Below, piece by piece: positions 9,373-19,053 of a stretch of DNA of 64,000 nucleotides; positions within the stretch are counted from its first letter, which is position 1; the number at the start of each line of letters is the position of its first letter. The translations under genes were made by a program, and so were the position numbers. A model generated the notes under the pieces. It did not search any database. It was not told the DNA's origin and saw only the letters and a program-made list of their open reading frames with translations. The stretch is from an uncultured Gemmatimonadales bacterium (lineage in GTDB: Bacteria; Gemmatimonadota; Gemmatimonadetes; Gemmatimonadales; GWC2-71-9), in assembly GCA_963779755.1 (NCBI GenBank), contig CAVZZO010000001.1, positions 1,376,001 through 1,440,000 of the forward strand, read 5' to 3'.

Positions 9373-9639
9373 ATGGCAACTCGCATTCGTCTGCGCCGCG
9401 TGGGCCGCAAGGGCGTGCCCCTCTATCGGATCGTCGTCGCCGACCGGGAAAGTCCCCGGGACGGGCGCTTCATCGAGGTCATCGGGAGCTACAACCCGAA
9501 GTCCGAGAAGGCCCCGGTGACGGTCGATCAGGACAAGGCGCGGAACTGGCTGGCCAAGGGCGCGACCCCCACGGAAACCGTGGCATCGCTGCTCAAGAAG
9601 GCCGGCGTCTTTCAGCCGGCGGCCGCGGCCTCGGAGTGA
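9373..9639 (+). CDS. rpsP: 30S ribosomal protein S16
   Basis: RIRLRRVGRK..YRIVVAD..SPRDGRFIE. Confidence 0.97.
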   Translation: MATRIRLRRVGRKGVPLYRIVVADRESPRDGRFIEVIGSYNPKSEKAPVTVDQDKARNWLAKGATPTETVASLLKKAGVFQPAAAASE

Positions 9640-10169
9640 CCGCACCCCGCCTGCTGGTCGTGGGGCGGCTGCGCAAGCCCCACGGCCTGAAGGGCGAGAT
9701 GACGGTCTTTCCGCTCACCGACGCTCCCGAAACGGCGCTGGCCGCCGGACGGACGCTGCAGCTGATGGACCTGGAAGGCGCGATGGTGGGCGAGCCGGTG
9801 GTGATCGAACGCAGCCGGAGCTACCATCGCGAGTGGCTGGTGAAGTTCCGCGGGCACGACGACCGCGAAAGTCTCGAAGCCCTGCGCGAGCGGTTTCTCG
9901 CCGCGCCGGCCGACCAACTGGCGCCGCTGCAGCAGGACGAGGTCTACCTGCATGAGCTGGCCGGCTTCGCGGTCCGTTCCGAGGACGACGCCCCGCTGGG
10001 GGTCGTGAGCGATGTCTACGACGTCCCCTCGGGGCTCATGATCGAGGTGCAGGGGCCGAAGCGCGAGTTTCTTCTGCCCTACCGGCGCGAGTTCATTCGC
10101 GCGGTCGATCGCGATGCCCGGCGTCTGGTGGTGGCGCTCCCCGAAGGGCTGCTGGACCTCGAGAGCTGA
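9636..10169 (+). CDS. rimM: Ribosome maturation factor RimM
   Basis: VGRLRKPHGLKGE; conserved operon position. Confidence 0.93.
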   Translation: MTAPRLLVVGRLRKPHGLKGEMTVFPLTDAPETALAAGRTLQLMDLEGAMVGEPVVIERSRSYHREWLVKFRGHDDRESLEALRERFLAAPADQLAPLQQDEVYLHELAGFAVRSEDDAPLGVVSDVYDVPSGLMIEVQGPKREFLLPYRREFIRAVDRDARRLVVALPEGLLDLES

Positions 10170-10183
10170 CCCCGGGAGCGGGC

Positions 10184-10870
10184 ATGCTGGCGATCAACGT
10201 GGTCACGCTCTTCCCGGAGGTCTTCGAGCCCTGGCTCCGGACCAGCATCCCCGGGCGGGCGGCCGAGGCGGGGCTGGTGCGCTACCGGCTGGTGCAATTG
10301 CGGAGCTTCACGCACGACCGGCACCAGACGGTGGACGACTACCCCTACGGCGGCGGGGCCGGCATGGTGCTGAAGCCGCAGCCGTTCTTCGAGGCGGTGG
10401 AGTCGCTGAAGCCCGCGGGGCCCGTGGTCCTGATGTCGGCACGGGGGAAGCCCTTCGGGCATGCCGATGCAGTACGGTATGCGGTGGCGCCGGAGTTGAC
10501 GCTGCTCTGCGGCCACTACAAGGATGTGGACCAGCGGGTGGCCGACTTCCTGGCCACGGAGGAGCGGTCGGTGGGCGATGCGGTCCTTTCCGGGGGCGAG
10601 CCCGCGGCGCTCTGTGTACTGGATGCCGTGGTGCGGCTGCTGCCGGGCGCCCTGGGCGACCACGAAAGCGCCAGCGGCGACTCGCATTACGACGGGCTGC
10701 TGAGCCCGCCCAGCTATACCCGCCCGCCGGAATACCGGGGGCACGGCGTGCCCGAGGTGCTGCGCTCGGGCAACCACGCGGAGATCGACGCGTGGCGCCA
10801 GGCGGAGGCCCGGCGCCTCACGCGCGAGCGGCGGCCCGATCTGTGGCGGGCCTGGGACGAGCAGGAGTAG
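10184..10870 (+). CDS. trmD: tRNA (guanine-N1)-methyltransferase
   Basis: VTLFPE, VDDYPYGGGAGM, LSGGE, YTRPPEY, SGNH. Confidence 0.96.
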   Translation: MLAINVVTLFPEVFEPWLRTSIPGRAAEAGLVRYRLVQLRSFTHDRHQTVDDYPYGGGAGMVLKPQPFFEAVESLKPAGPVVLMSARGKPFGHADAVRYAVAPELTLLCGHYKDVDQRVADFLATEERSVGDAVLSGGEPAALCVLDAVVRLLPGALGDHESASGDSHYDGLLSPPSYTRPPEYRGHGVPEVLRSGNHAEIDAWRQAEARRLTRERRPDLWRAWDEQE

Positions 10871-10940
10871 CATTACAACACCGGCCGGCGCTCAGCGCCG
10901 GCGACATTGACGGCGCGATACCGGCGCGGAGGATACGGCT

Positions 10941-11288
10941 ATGGAGCGGTTGGCGGAGTTGAACCGGGAGAACCTGCGGGCGGACTTTCCCGCCTTCCAG
11001 CCGGGTGACACGGTGCGGGTGGCGGTTCGGGTCCGGGAAGGCGACAAGGAACGTCTCCAGGCCTTCGAAGGTGTCTGCATCGCGCGCCGGGGCGGCGGGC
11101 TGCAGGAGTCGTTCACGGTGCGCAAGGTGTCGGCCGGCGTCGGGGTGGAGCGCATCTTCCCCCTGCACAGCCCGTCCATCGCCTCCATCGAGCTGGTGCG
11201 GCGCGGCCGGGTCCGCCGGGCCAAGCTCTACTACCTGCGGGCGGTGAGTGGCAAGGCCGCCCGGATCCGGGAGAAGCGCGAGAACTGA
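10941..11288 (+). CDS. rplS: 50S ribosomal protein L19
   Basis: [32 protein letters not shown]. Confidence 0.97.
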   Translation: MERLAELNRENLRADFPAFQPGDTVRVAVRVREGDKERLQAFEGVCIARRGGGLQESFTVRKVSAGVGVERIFPLHSPSIASIELVRRGRVRRAKLYYLRAVSGKAARIREKREN

Positions 11289-11291
11289 GCC

Positions 11292-11960
11292 GTGCGGCGC
11301 CAGCGCCCCTCCCTCGCGCGCGAAGCCGAGGTCTGGGCGTCGGAACGTCTGCTGGTCGGTGTGGATGAAGTCGGCCGCGGCCCCCTGGCTGGTCCAGTGG
11401 TGGCCGCGGCCGTCGTCTTTCCTCCCCACGTCACCCGCCTGTATGGCCTGCGCGACAGCAAAGTCCTGACCGCCCGCCAGCGCGAGAAGCTGGCCGGCCG
11501 CATTCGCCAGCGGGCCCTGGCGCTGGCCGTGGGCGCCGCGTCCTGCCGCGAGATCGACCGCCTCAATATCCGGGTCGCCAGCGCGCTGGCCATGCGCCGC
11601 GCGGTCCGGCGGGTGCTCGTCCTTCTGCGCCGGGCCGAGCCGCCGGCCGCGCTGGCCGATCCCGCCGCCCGCTACCAGGTCCTGATCGACGGCCTGCCGC
11701 TGCCCGAGTTGGGCCTGCCGCACGACGCCCTGGTGGACGGCGACGCGCTCTGCGACTCCATCGCCGCCGCCGCCGTCATCGCCAAGACGGTGCGCGACCA
11801 TCTCATGGCGCGCCTGGCGCAGCGCTACCCCGGCTACGGCTGGGAGTCCAACATGGGCTACGCCACCGCCGATCACTGCGCGGCGCTGGGCCGGCGCGGC
11901 CCCACCCGGCACCACCGCCTCAGCTTCGAGCCATTGAGCCAGCTCCGGCTGCCGCTGTAG
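11292..11960 (+). CDS. rnhB: Ribonuclease HII
   Basis: GVDEVGRGPLAGPV, LRDSK, IAAAAVIAKTVRD. Confidence 0.95.
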   Translation: MRRQRPSLAREAEVWASERLLVGVDEVGRGPLAGPVVAAAVVFPPHVTRLYGLRDSKVLTARQREKLAGRIRQRALALAVGAASCREIDRLNIRVASALAMRRAVRRVLVLLRRAEPPAALADPAARYQVLIDGLPLPELGLPHDALVDGDALCDSIAAAAVIAKTVRDHLMARLAQRYPGYGWESNMGYATADHCAALGRRGPTRHHRLSFEPLSQLRLPL

Positions 11961-12093
11961 AAGAACCGCGACACGGAGGCACGGAGGCACGGAGCAAGCG
12001 AGCTACTACGGCGGCGGCGCCTACGGGGTTATGTATTTAGAACTTATGTTCCTCCGTGTCTCCGTGTCTCCGTGTCTCCGTGTCACAGTTCTT
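11961..12093. repeat. Inverted 8-bp tandem repeat element (CACGGAGG / CTCCGTGT)
   Basis: AAGAACCGCGACACGGAGGCACGGAGGCACGGAG ... (CTCCGTGT)x4 CACAGTTCTT. Confidence 0.9.
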
Positions 12094-12107
12094 CCAGGAG
12101 ATCAGCT

Positions 12108-14558
12108 ATGAGACGTTTTCTCGTTATTGCTCTGATCCTCGCCCTCCCCGCCCCGCTCGCCGCCCAGTCCAATGCCGAGCGGATGGCCAACGACTGGTAT
12201 ACCCGCTCGCATGATTACGATCTGGTGCACCAGCGCATCCAGCTCCGCGACATCAACTGGGATTCCACCAGCTTCAAGGGCCGGGTCACCAGCACGCTCG
12301 TTGCCCTGCGGCCCGGGCTCGATTCGGTCATCCTCGACGCCGGGCACCTGCTGAGCATCCAGAGCGTCGTCACCCCGGCCGGCAGGCCGCTCAACTTCAG
12401 CACCTCGGGCGATACCCTGGTGGTGCACCTCGCCCGCCCCGCCGCGTTCCACGACACGGTCCGATTCAGTATCGCCTACGACGCCAGGATCCAGAACGGC
12501 CGCGGCCTCACCTTCATCGACGCCGACACCGGTGCCAACTGGCGGCCGCAGCAGATCTGGAGCCAGGGCGAGGACGACAACAACCACGACTGGTTCCCCA
12601 CCTACGACTTCCCCAACGACAAGATGTCCTGGGAGATGATCGTGACCCTGCCCACGCGGTTCAGTGTGGTCTCCAACGGGAAGCTGGTGAGCGACCGGCC
12701 GGCGGAGAAGGGGCAGCATACGGTGACCTGGAGCGAGACGGAGCCGAGTGCCACCTACCTGGTCTCGCTCATCGTCGCGCCCCTGGTCAAGGTGCACGAT
12801 ACCTGGCAGGGGAAGCCGGTGGATTACTACGTCTACGCCAGGGACAGCACCCTGGCCTGGCGCCTCTTCCATGTGACGCCGGACATGATCCAGACCTATT
12901 CCGATCTCACCGGCATCAAGTACCCGTGGGCCAAGTATGCCCAGACCACCGTCGCGGATTTCTTCGGCGGCATGGAGAACGTGAGCGCCACCACGCTGGT
13001 GGACTGGCTGCCCGACGCCACCGCCTACCTCGACCGGCCCTGGTACCAGTACATCCTCATTCCCCACGAACTGGCCCACCAGTGGTTCGGCGACTACGTC
13101 ACCACCGAGAACTGGGCCAACATGTGGCTCAACGAAGGCTTCGCCGAGTTCATGCCGGGGCAGTACTGGGCGAAGAAGCTGGGCCGCCATGCGGAAGAGG
13201 ACTACTACCTGGACGAGTACAACTCGTTCATGCGCATCGACCAGCGCCGCCGGATGCCGCTGGCCTCGCTGGGCAGCAACAACATCTATCCCAAGGGCGC
13301 CCTGGTGCTGGAGATGCTGGAGCACTACCTGGGCCCGCAGGCGTTCTGGGCGTCCGTCAACCGGTACCTGAAGGACCACGCCTTCGACAACGCCACCAGC
13401 GACGACCTGCGCCAGGCCGTGCTGGATGCCACCGGACAGAACCTCGACTGGTGGTGGCAGCAGTGGGTCTACGATGCGGGCTATCCCGAGTTCACGGTCG
13501 GCGCGCAGTACGACAGCGCGGGCCACGCGCTGGTCCTGGATGTGAAGCAGACCCAGGTGGACACCAGCTCGGCCGACAGCACCGGGCTGCGCTATGGCAC
13601 GCCCCAGGCCTTCCGCATGCCCGTCACGGTGCGGGTGGGCACCGCCGGGGGCGAGGTGACCCGGACCTTCCAGCTGGCACATCGTGAGGATACCCTGCGG
13701 GTGGAACAGGTGCAGTCACCGCCCACCATGGTGATCTTTGACGACAACAATCAGATCCTGAAGAAGCTCACCTTCGACCAGCCCAGTGCCTGGCTGGCGC
13801 AGCAGCTGAGCCACGATCCCGATCTGTGGAACCGCTGGTGGGTGATCGGCCAGCTGGCCGCGCGTGACAGCGATACGGTTGCCGTGAACGCCCTGGCCGA
13901 CGCGGCGACCGGCGCGGATTACTACCTCACCCGGGTGCAGGCCATCGGCGCGCTGGCCGACCTGGCGGGCGAGCGCGCCATGCCCACGCTTACCCAGGCG
14001 CTGCGCGACACCTCGGCGACGGTGCGAGGAGCTGCGGTGGAAGCCATGGGGCAGATCCCCGGGGGCCACGCCGTGGCGCTGCTCAAGCGGGTGCTGGCCG
14101 GCGATTCCAGCTACGCGGTGCGCGCCGCCGCTATCGGCGCGCTGGCGGTGGCGGACTCCGCCAATCGCCGGGAATACATCCAGCAGGGGCTCAGCACGCC
14201 GTCCTATCGCGGTGCCCTGCAGAACGCCGCGCTGGGCGTCATCGCCCGCAGCGGGGATACCAGCTACGTCGAGCCGGTGGCCCATCTCCTGGGCGACGTG
14301 CAGAACGCCGCCTTCGTGCTGGCCAGCTTCGCCAACCGGGGGAACGCCCGGGCGCTCGACGTGCTGGTCAAGAACCTGGACAGTCCGCGTTCCACCGTCC
14401 GCAATTCCGTCCTCCAGGCCTTCCGCTTCGTGGTGCAGCCCAAGGTAGGGCTGCCCGCGCTCCAGGCCGCGGTGGACAGCCTCTCGCCCCGGGTGAAGGA
14501 GCAGGTGCAGGGGGTGCTCAAGCAGATGGAACAGCGGCAGGCGGGTAACGGGAGGTAA
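12108..14558 (+). CDS. Secreted M1 family aminopeptidase with C-terminal HEAT-like repeats
   Basis: Signal peptide, GGMEN, HELAHQWFG-x-WLNEGFA, IYPKG; RBS AGGAG. Confidence 0.9.
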   Translation: MRRFLVIALILALPAPLAAQSNAERMANDWYTRSHDYDLVHQRIQLRDINWDSTSFKGRVTSTLVALRPGLDSVILDAGHLLSIQSVVTPAGRPLNFSTSGDTLVVHLARPAAFHDTVRFSIAYDARIQNGRGLTFIDADTGANWRPQQIWSQGEDDNNHDWFPTYDFPNDKMSWEMIVTLPTRFSVVSNGKLVSDRPAEKGQHTVTWSETEPSATYLVSLIVAPLVKVHDTWQGKPVDYYVYARDSTLAWRLFHVTPDMIQTYSDLTGIKYPWAKYAQTTVADFFGGMENVSATTLVDWLPDATAYLDRPWYQYILIPHELAHQWFGDYVTTENWANMWLNEGFAEFMPGQYWAKKLGRHAEEDYYLDEYNSFMRIDQRRRMPLASLGSNNIYPKGALVLEMLEHYLGPQAFWASVNRYLKDHAFDNATSDDLRQAVLDATGQNLDWWWQQWVYDAGYPEFTVGAQYDSAGHALVLDVKQTQVDTSSADSTGLRYGTPQAFRMPVTVRVGTAGGEVTRTFQLAHREDTLRVEQVQSPPTMVIFDDNNQILKKLTFDQPSAWLAQQLSHDPDLWNRWWVIGQLAARDSDTVAVNALADAATGADYYLTRVQAIGALADLAGERAMPTLTQALRDTSATVRGAAVEAMGQIPGGHAVALLKRVLAGDSSYAVRAAAIGALAVADSANRREYIQQGLSTPSYRGALQNAALGVIARSGDTSYVEPVAHLLGDVQNAAFVLASFANRGNARALDVLVKNLDSPRSTVRNSVLQAFRFVVQPKVGLPALQAAVDSLSPRVKEQVQGVLKQMEQRQAGNGR

Positions 14559-14646
14559 GGCGGTAAGGCGGGAAGACGGGAAGGTGGGAAGAGGGAAAGG
14601 GGAATGGGGAACGGGCCGTTTCCCTGTTCCCCATTCCCGTTTCCCT
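14554..14646. repeat. 8-bp array followed by 7-bp-unit inverted hairpin
   Basis: GGTAAGGC GGTAAGGC GGGAAGAC GGGAAGGT; then AGGGAAAGGGGAATGGGGAACGGG / CCCTGTTCCCCATTCCCGTTTCCCT. Confidence 0.8.
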
Positions 14647-14664
14647 TTAGTTTTCCCGCTCTCC

Positions 14665-14737
<73 letters not shown>

Positions 14738-14743
14738 TTAGAG

Positions 14744-14823
14744 GGCGGCAAGACGGCAAGACGGCAAGACGGCAAGACGGCAAGACGGCAAGGCGGCAGG
14801 ACGGCAAGACGGCAGGACGGCAG
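14744..14823. repeat. (GACGGCAA)x10 with variants, no nearby partner arm
   Basis: Ten 8-bp units G[AG]CGGCA[AG] ending in GGCAGGTGG. Confidence 0.95.
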
Positions 14824-15002
14824 GTGGACGAAACCAGAACGGTCCTCCGGGTGTGGGGGCCGCCTTTCCATTCTCCTACTGCCCTCCAACCCCTGTAGGT
14901 GTAAACCCTTACTTGCCGCCGCTGTCCTGGATGCTACAGTAGATGTGTACGTTCAGCAGAACCCTGCTGCGACAGACCACCGCATAGCCCGTCTCGCTGC
15001 AC

Positions 15003-15860
15003 ATGACTGACACGCGAACCCGCCGCCGCGGCAACCGCGCAAACCGGGATATTCCATCGCCTGTCGAGGCCGGAGATGGAGCGCAGCTGGCGCTCGACAA
15101 CGCGCACCGTCACTTCGAGGCAGCCGGCATCCTGCGCGATGCTGAGCTCTACGCTTCCGCCCAGAGCCATCTGGTGCTGGCCACAGAGGAACTGGCCAAG
15201 GCAACCGCCCTGGCCACGGTCGCGGCCGGATTCCGCTGGCCGCCCGGCCACCTGGTGGAAGTCCTGTTCCATCGCGGTCCCCGGAACGCCCTGACCTTCG
15301 GCGATGTGCTGCTGGTCAGCATGCTGGGCGTGGCGCGGCGGGCGGCAGAGGTGGTGCAGGAGCGGAATGGCGTCCAGCGCTTTGTCCCTGAGCTGTGGAA
15401 CGAGTTCAAGGCCGAATTCGAGCGCGAGAGCCGCGAGCTGACGGAGGGGTCGGGGGCTTCCGATCTCATGCAGAAGCTGCTGGGCTGGGTTCGGGAGGCC
15501 TCGAGCCGCAGAGACCAGGGCTTCTATGTTGACTTCACGGCGCGATCAGGCTGGTGGGACCCGGGCAGCATCACCGCCGGGCAGCTGGCCCGGGACTACG
15601 AAATCGTAAAGGGATTGCTCGCGTTCCGCGGCCGGCAGATTACCGAAATGCTCGACCTGCAGCCCCAGCTCGATGAAACCGCCGCTACCCGGTTCACTGC
15701 CCTCCTCCAGGAGGCCAACTCTCTGGAGTTCGAGGAGATGCTGGCGCGCTTCATCTCCGTCGCCGAAGCCGATCCGGCTGCCATCTTCCTGCTCGCGCGC
15801 CACAGCTCGGACGCCGGTGACTGCGAAGGCGCGCTGCCCGAATCCCGGCAGGAGGCCTAG
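15003..15860 (+). CDS. AbiV family (HEPN-like) abortive infection protein, putative
   Basis: LDNA.RH..AA.IL....Y..A....VLA.EELAK and RRDQGFYVD resemble the AbiV pattern. Confidence 0.7.
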   Translation: MTDTRTRRRGNRANRDIPSPVEAGDGAQLALDNAHRHFEAAGILRDAELYASAQSHLVLATEELAKATALATVAAGFRWPPGHLVEVLFHRGPRNALTFGDVLLVSMLGVARRAAEVVQERNGVQRFVPELWNEFKAEFERESRELTEGSGASDLMQKLLGWVREASSRRDQGFYVDFTARSGWWDPGSITAGQLARDYEIVKGLLAFRGRQITEMLDLQPQLDETAATRFTALLQEANSLEFEEMLARFISVAEADPAAIFLLARHSSDAGDCEGALPESRQEA

Positions 15861-15866
15861 GCCGGC

Positions 15867-16247
15867 CTACGGTTCCCGGAACCCCACCACGCTCCACCTC
15901 AGCCGTCCCGCCGCGGGGTCATGGGCGAACATCACCCAGCCCCGCTTGCTTCCGTGGCCGGTCAGATAGCTCAGGTGCACCAGGCCATGCTCGGCCTCTC
16001 CCTCACCCTCCAGGGTCACCCGCACCCGCAAATCCTCCGCCGTCACGTCGCCTGCGTTCCTGACGGTGACCGGTAACGCGTAGCGCCCCGCGCGGGGCTC
16101 AGGCTGGCCCAATTCCACCTGAATCCGCGGCGGTATAGCGTCCGACCGTGCCATTTCGTATACCAGCACCCCGGCGCAAGCCAGCACCAGCGCTCCGCCC
16201 GCAACGAGCACCAGCCATTCGAGCCAGTTCTTGCCTTGATCAGCCAT
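15867..16247 (-). CDS. TIGR02588-like membrane-anchored protein
   Basis: KNWLEWLV TM, VTVRNAGDVTAEDL, F..DP; coupled to TIGR02587-like gene. Confidence 0.7.
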   Translation of the reverse strand: MADQGKNWLEWLVLVAGGALVLACAGVLVYEMARSDAIPPRIQVELGQPEPRAGRYALPVTVRNAGDVTAEDLRVRVTLEGEGEAEHGLVHLSYLTGHGSKRGWVMFAHDPAAGRLRWSVVGFREP

Positions 16248-17083
16248 CAGACCTGCAGCAGCAGTCGGCCCGCCGAGGAGCCGAGGGAAGCGGGAAGGCC
16301 GAGGACCACTACCTCGGCAATGGCCCGGTGCAGCGGCAGCTGCGTGAGGCGGCCGAAGAACCACAGCATGAGGGCGGAGACGAGCAGTGCCGCGGTGTAC
16401 ATGATCACGATACCCGCCGCCGCATCGTCGGGCCCGCTGGCCTGGCGGACCCAGCGTTGGTGCCCGTGGAAATCGGCCCAGTAGAGTACGCCCCCGCCGA
16501 TAAGAATCGACAACAGCATGATGAGCAGGATCTGGCCGGGCGCCGCCTGGGTCCCCACGATGACGATCTCCTGAGTCGGGGCGACATTGGAGGCGACGAA
16601 CACGGCCCCGCAGAGCGAGAGCACGAACTGACCCAGAAAGCGGGGAGTATCCTCCTCGCGGCGGCTCCCCTGATCCTGTTGCCCCTGCCGGCTGCCCAGT
16701 TGCGCTTTGCCCACCGAGACGCCGATCGCCACCATCATCGAGGCGATCACCACGATGCCGACCGCTTCCCGGATGCCGCTCGAGGCGTTGATCCGGCCCA
16801 TGAGCCACAGCGCGAGTGCCGCCACCACCATGCCCAGCCCCATCTCTTCCACACTCTCGGCCATGACATCCAGCAGGGTGTGGGACCGGCGCAGGCCCGC
16901 ATAGGCGTTGTAGCCCAGCAGGAGGAGGAAAGTGGCCCCCATATAGCCCAGCAATGGGCCCGGGGCCATGGTCGCTCCCGTCTGCCACAACTCCATGGTG
17001 TAGAGCAGGGGAATGCTGAACAGCAGGCCGCCCGCCATGGCGCGGGCGTATTCACTGAGGGACTGCCGGACCGGCTTGGTCAC
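16247..17083 (-). CDS. TIGR02587/DUF2391 family membrane protein
   Basis: AGGLLFSIPLLYTMELW, NVAPTQEI, LGLPASLG; GTG start with GGAGGAG RBS. Confidence 0.8.
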   Translation of the reverse strand: MTKPVRQSLSEYARAMAGGLLFSIPLLYTMELWQTGATMAPGPLLGYMGATFLLLLGYNAYAGLRRSHTLLDVMAESVEEMGLGMVVAALALWLMGRINASSGIREAVGIVVIASMMVAIGVSVGKAQLGSRQGQQDQGSRREEDTPRFLGQFVLSLCGAVFVASNVAPTQEIVIVGTQAAPGQILLIMLLSILIGGGVLYWADFHGHQRWVRQASGPDDAAAGIVIMYTAALLVSALMLWFFGRLTQLPLHRAIAEVVVLGLPASLGSSAGRLLLQV

Positions 17084-17267
17084 GCCGCTGCTCCTCCCCT
17101 GGGTTCCTCTGCCTCCGGTATTCTCGCGGTGCAACGATACCGGCGCGTTGATGCCTGTCACAGAGCGGCGCCTTGCAGAGCACCACCCTGCCCGGTGCCT
17201 GGCTCAGCCGCCCACTCCCCGCCCGCTCCCCAATCGAGTAGCCTTGGAGGTCCCAACCAGGCCTCTC

Positions 17268-18224
17268 ATGCGCAATGTTCGCCTCCGCCGCTTCGCCGGC
17301 TACTTCTTCGCCCTGGCTGCGGGTACCGTCTGGGGCACCACCGGCCCGCTCTCGACCGCGCTCTACGGCCAGGGGGCCGACATTACGGGCATCGGCTTCT
17401 GGCGGGTGCTGCTGGGAACCGCGGGGCTGGTCGCTTACGGTGCCCTCTTCTACCGAGACATGTTCCGCATCGACTGGCGGGGATTCCTGCTGGTGGGTCT
17501 GGGCGGCGGCGCGCTGGTGGCGCTCTTCGAGGTGGCCTACCAGTTCGGTATCGCGGGCGCCGGGGTGGCCGGGGCCGCCGCGTTGCTGTATACCGCGCCC
17601 GTGCTGGTGGCGATCCTCGCCCTGCCGCTTCTGGGCGAAAAGCTGACCAGCATCCGGCTGATCCTGGCCGTGGTGGTCATGGTCGGCGCCGCCCTGACCG
17701 TCACCGGCGGGCGGCTGGGCGCCAGTGGCGCGGGGCCCGCCACTCTGGTGCAGGGCGTGGTGGGCGGGCTGCTGGCCGCGGCCAGCTACGCCGGGACCAC
17801 CATTCTCGCCCGCTTCGCCGTGCCGCGCTACGGCACGCTGCGGGTGCTGTTCCTCGAGATCGCGGGTGGGGCGCTGCTCCTGGGCATCATCCTGCCGCTC
17901 GCTGGGCGGCCGCCGGCGGCTCCCACGGCAACTGAAGGCTGGATCTATCTCGCGGCCCTCGCCGCCGGCCCGGTGCTGCTGGCCAATTTCTTCTTCTTCG
18001 CCGGCGTGAAGCGGATCGAGGCCGCACCCACCGCGGTGGCGGCCACCATTGAACCGGTGGTGGGGGCGCTCCTCGCGCTCATCCTTTTCAGCCAGCGGCT
18101 CAGCCCCGTCGGGTGGCTCGGGCTGGCTCTGGTGGTGGGAGGGGTAGCGGCGGGCTACTGGCTGGAGGGCTCGGGAGAGCCGGATGTGACGCCCGTCCTC
18201 CCGGAGGCGGCCGAACGGATATAA
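17268..18224 (+). CDS. EamA/DMT family transporter
   Basis: About 10 TM, WGTTG, LLYTAP, EPV motifs. Confidence 0.88.
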   Translation: MRNVRLRRFAGYFFALAAGTVWGTTGPLSTALYGQGADITGIGFWRVLLGTAGLVAYGALFYRDMFRIDWRGFLLVGLGGGALVALFEVAYQFGIAGAGVAGAAALLYTAPVLVAILALPLLGEKLTSIRLILAVVVMVGAALTVTGGRLGASGAGPATLVQGVVGGLLAAASYAGTTILARFAVPRYGTLRVLFLEIAGGALLLGIILPLAGRPPAAPTATEGWIYLAALAAGPVLLANFFFFAGVKRIEAAPTAVAATIEPVVGALLALILFSQRLSPVGWLGLALVVGGVAAGYWLEGSGEPDVTPVLPEAAERI

Positions 18225-18303
18225 CGTCAGAGAAGACCCACGCAGGCCCGGGCGAGTCGGACCGCCTGGCCGGCCGCCCGCCTGCTCACCGCGCGGAGGG
18301 CCT

Positions 18304-18702
18304 GTGGTCAACGCTGTTCTGTTCGCCCTGTCGGTCGGGTTCTGCCTCACGTTCCTGCTGGTGGGCGTCTTCCGCTGGCGCCACCCGCGCCATCCGGCCA
18401 TGTGGAAGGCCGCCGTCTTTCTCTTCGCCATCCTCTTTCTGGTAGTCCTGGTCGCCGGAGTCTGGCAGCCCAATTACGGGTCGCCCTGGGGGCAAGGGTA
18501 CTGGGTCACGTTCGTGCTGGTCGGCTCCGTCGCGGCCATGTTTCTCGCCGCCGCCCCGCCGGAGCGGCGTCCGCCGCCGGAAGCGACAGCCGAGGTGGCC
18601 GAGTACCACGAGAAGGAGATTTCCGGCACCGTCTTCGGCGTGTTCTTCTGGATGCTGCTTCTTTCGCTGGGCCTGGTGCTGGGAATCCGGCTGATACACT
18701 AG
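18304..18702 (+). CDS. Hypothetical membrane protein (about 4 TM)
   Basis: Hydrophobic segments, GC3-biased codons. Confidence 0.65.
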   Translation: MVNAVLFALSVGFCLTFLLVGVFRWRHPRHPAMWKAAVFLFAILFLVVLVAGVWQPNYGSPWGQGYWVTFVLVGSVAAMFLAAAPPERRPPPEATAEVAEYHEKEISGTVFGVFFWMLLLSLGLVLGIRLIH

Positions 18703-18836
18703 GACGGCAGGACGGCCCTGAAGGACCTCCTCGCGGCCTCTTCGTTGGAGGGCCGCTCGGTCGCAGGACGGCAGGACGGCCCTAAAGGACTTCCTCGCGG
18801 CTCTCTATTGGAGGCCGCTCGGTCGCAGGACGGCAG
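18701..18836. repeat. Two 62-64 bp direct repeats with internal palindrome, interleaved with GGACGGCA units
   Basis: Units 18701-18764 and 18765-18826; hairpin GCGGCCTC..GAGG(G)CCGC. Confidence 0.85.
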
Positions 18837-18880
18837 GGGAAGGTGCCCACGCTCCGCGCCTGTTGGACGCCGATCTTCGC

Positions 18881-18970
18881 TCAGCCATCAGCCATCAGCC
18901 ATCAGCCATCAGCCATCAGCCATCAGCCATCAGCCATCAGCCATCAGCCATCAGCCATCAGCCATCAGCC
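18881..18970. repeat. (TCAGCCA)x~13 heptamer array
   Basis: 90 nt perfect 7-bp periodicity. Confidence 0.97.
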
Positions 18971-18984
18971 CTCCGTCCTCCGCC

Positions 18985-19016
18985 CTTCCCGCCTTCCCGC
19001 CCTGCCGCCTTCCCGC
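18985..19016. repeat. (CTTCCCGC/CCTGCCGC)x4, right arm
   Basis: Four 8-bp units, same family as 7816-7895. Confidence 0.8.
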
Positions 19017-19053
19017 CTATTTTCCCCCCATCCTTCTTCAGGATCAGTCACTC

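Noticed and set aside
14922..14960. LexA/SOS box upstream of the AbiV-like gene
   Set aside because: CTGT-N10-ACAG has the wrong spacing and GTTC-N4-GAAC the wrong orientation for the boxes I know
18701..18836. Possible mini CRISPR array
   Set aside because: The two units are near-identical along their whole length with no unique spacers, and no cas genes are present
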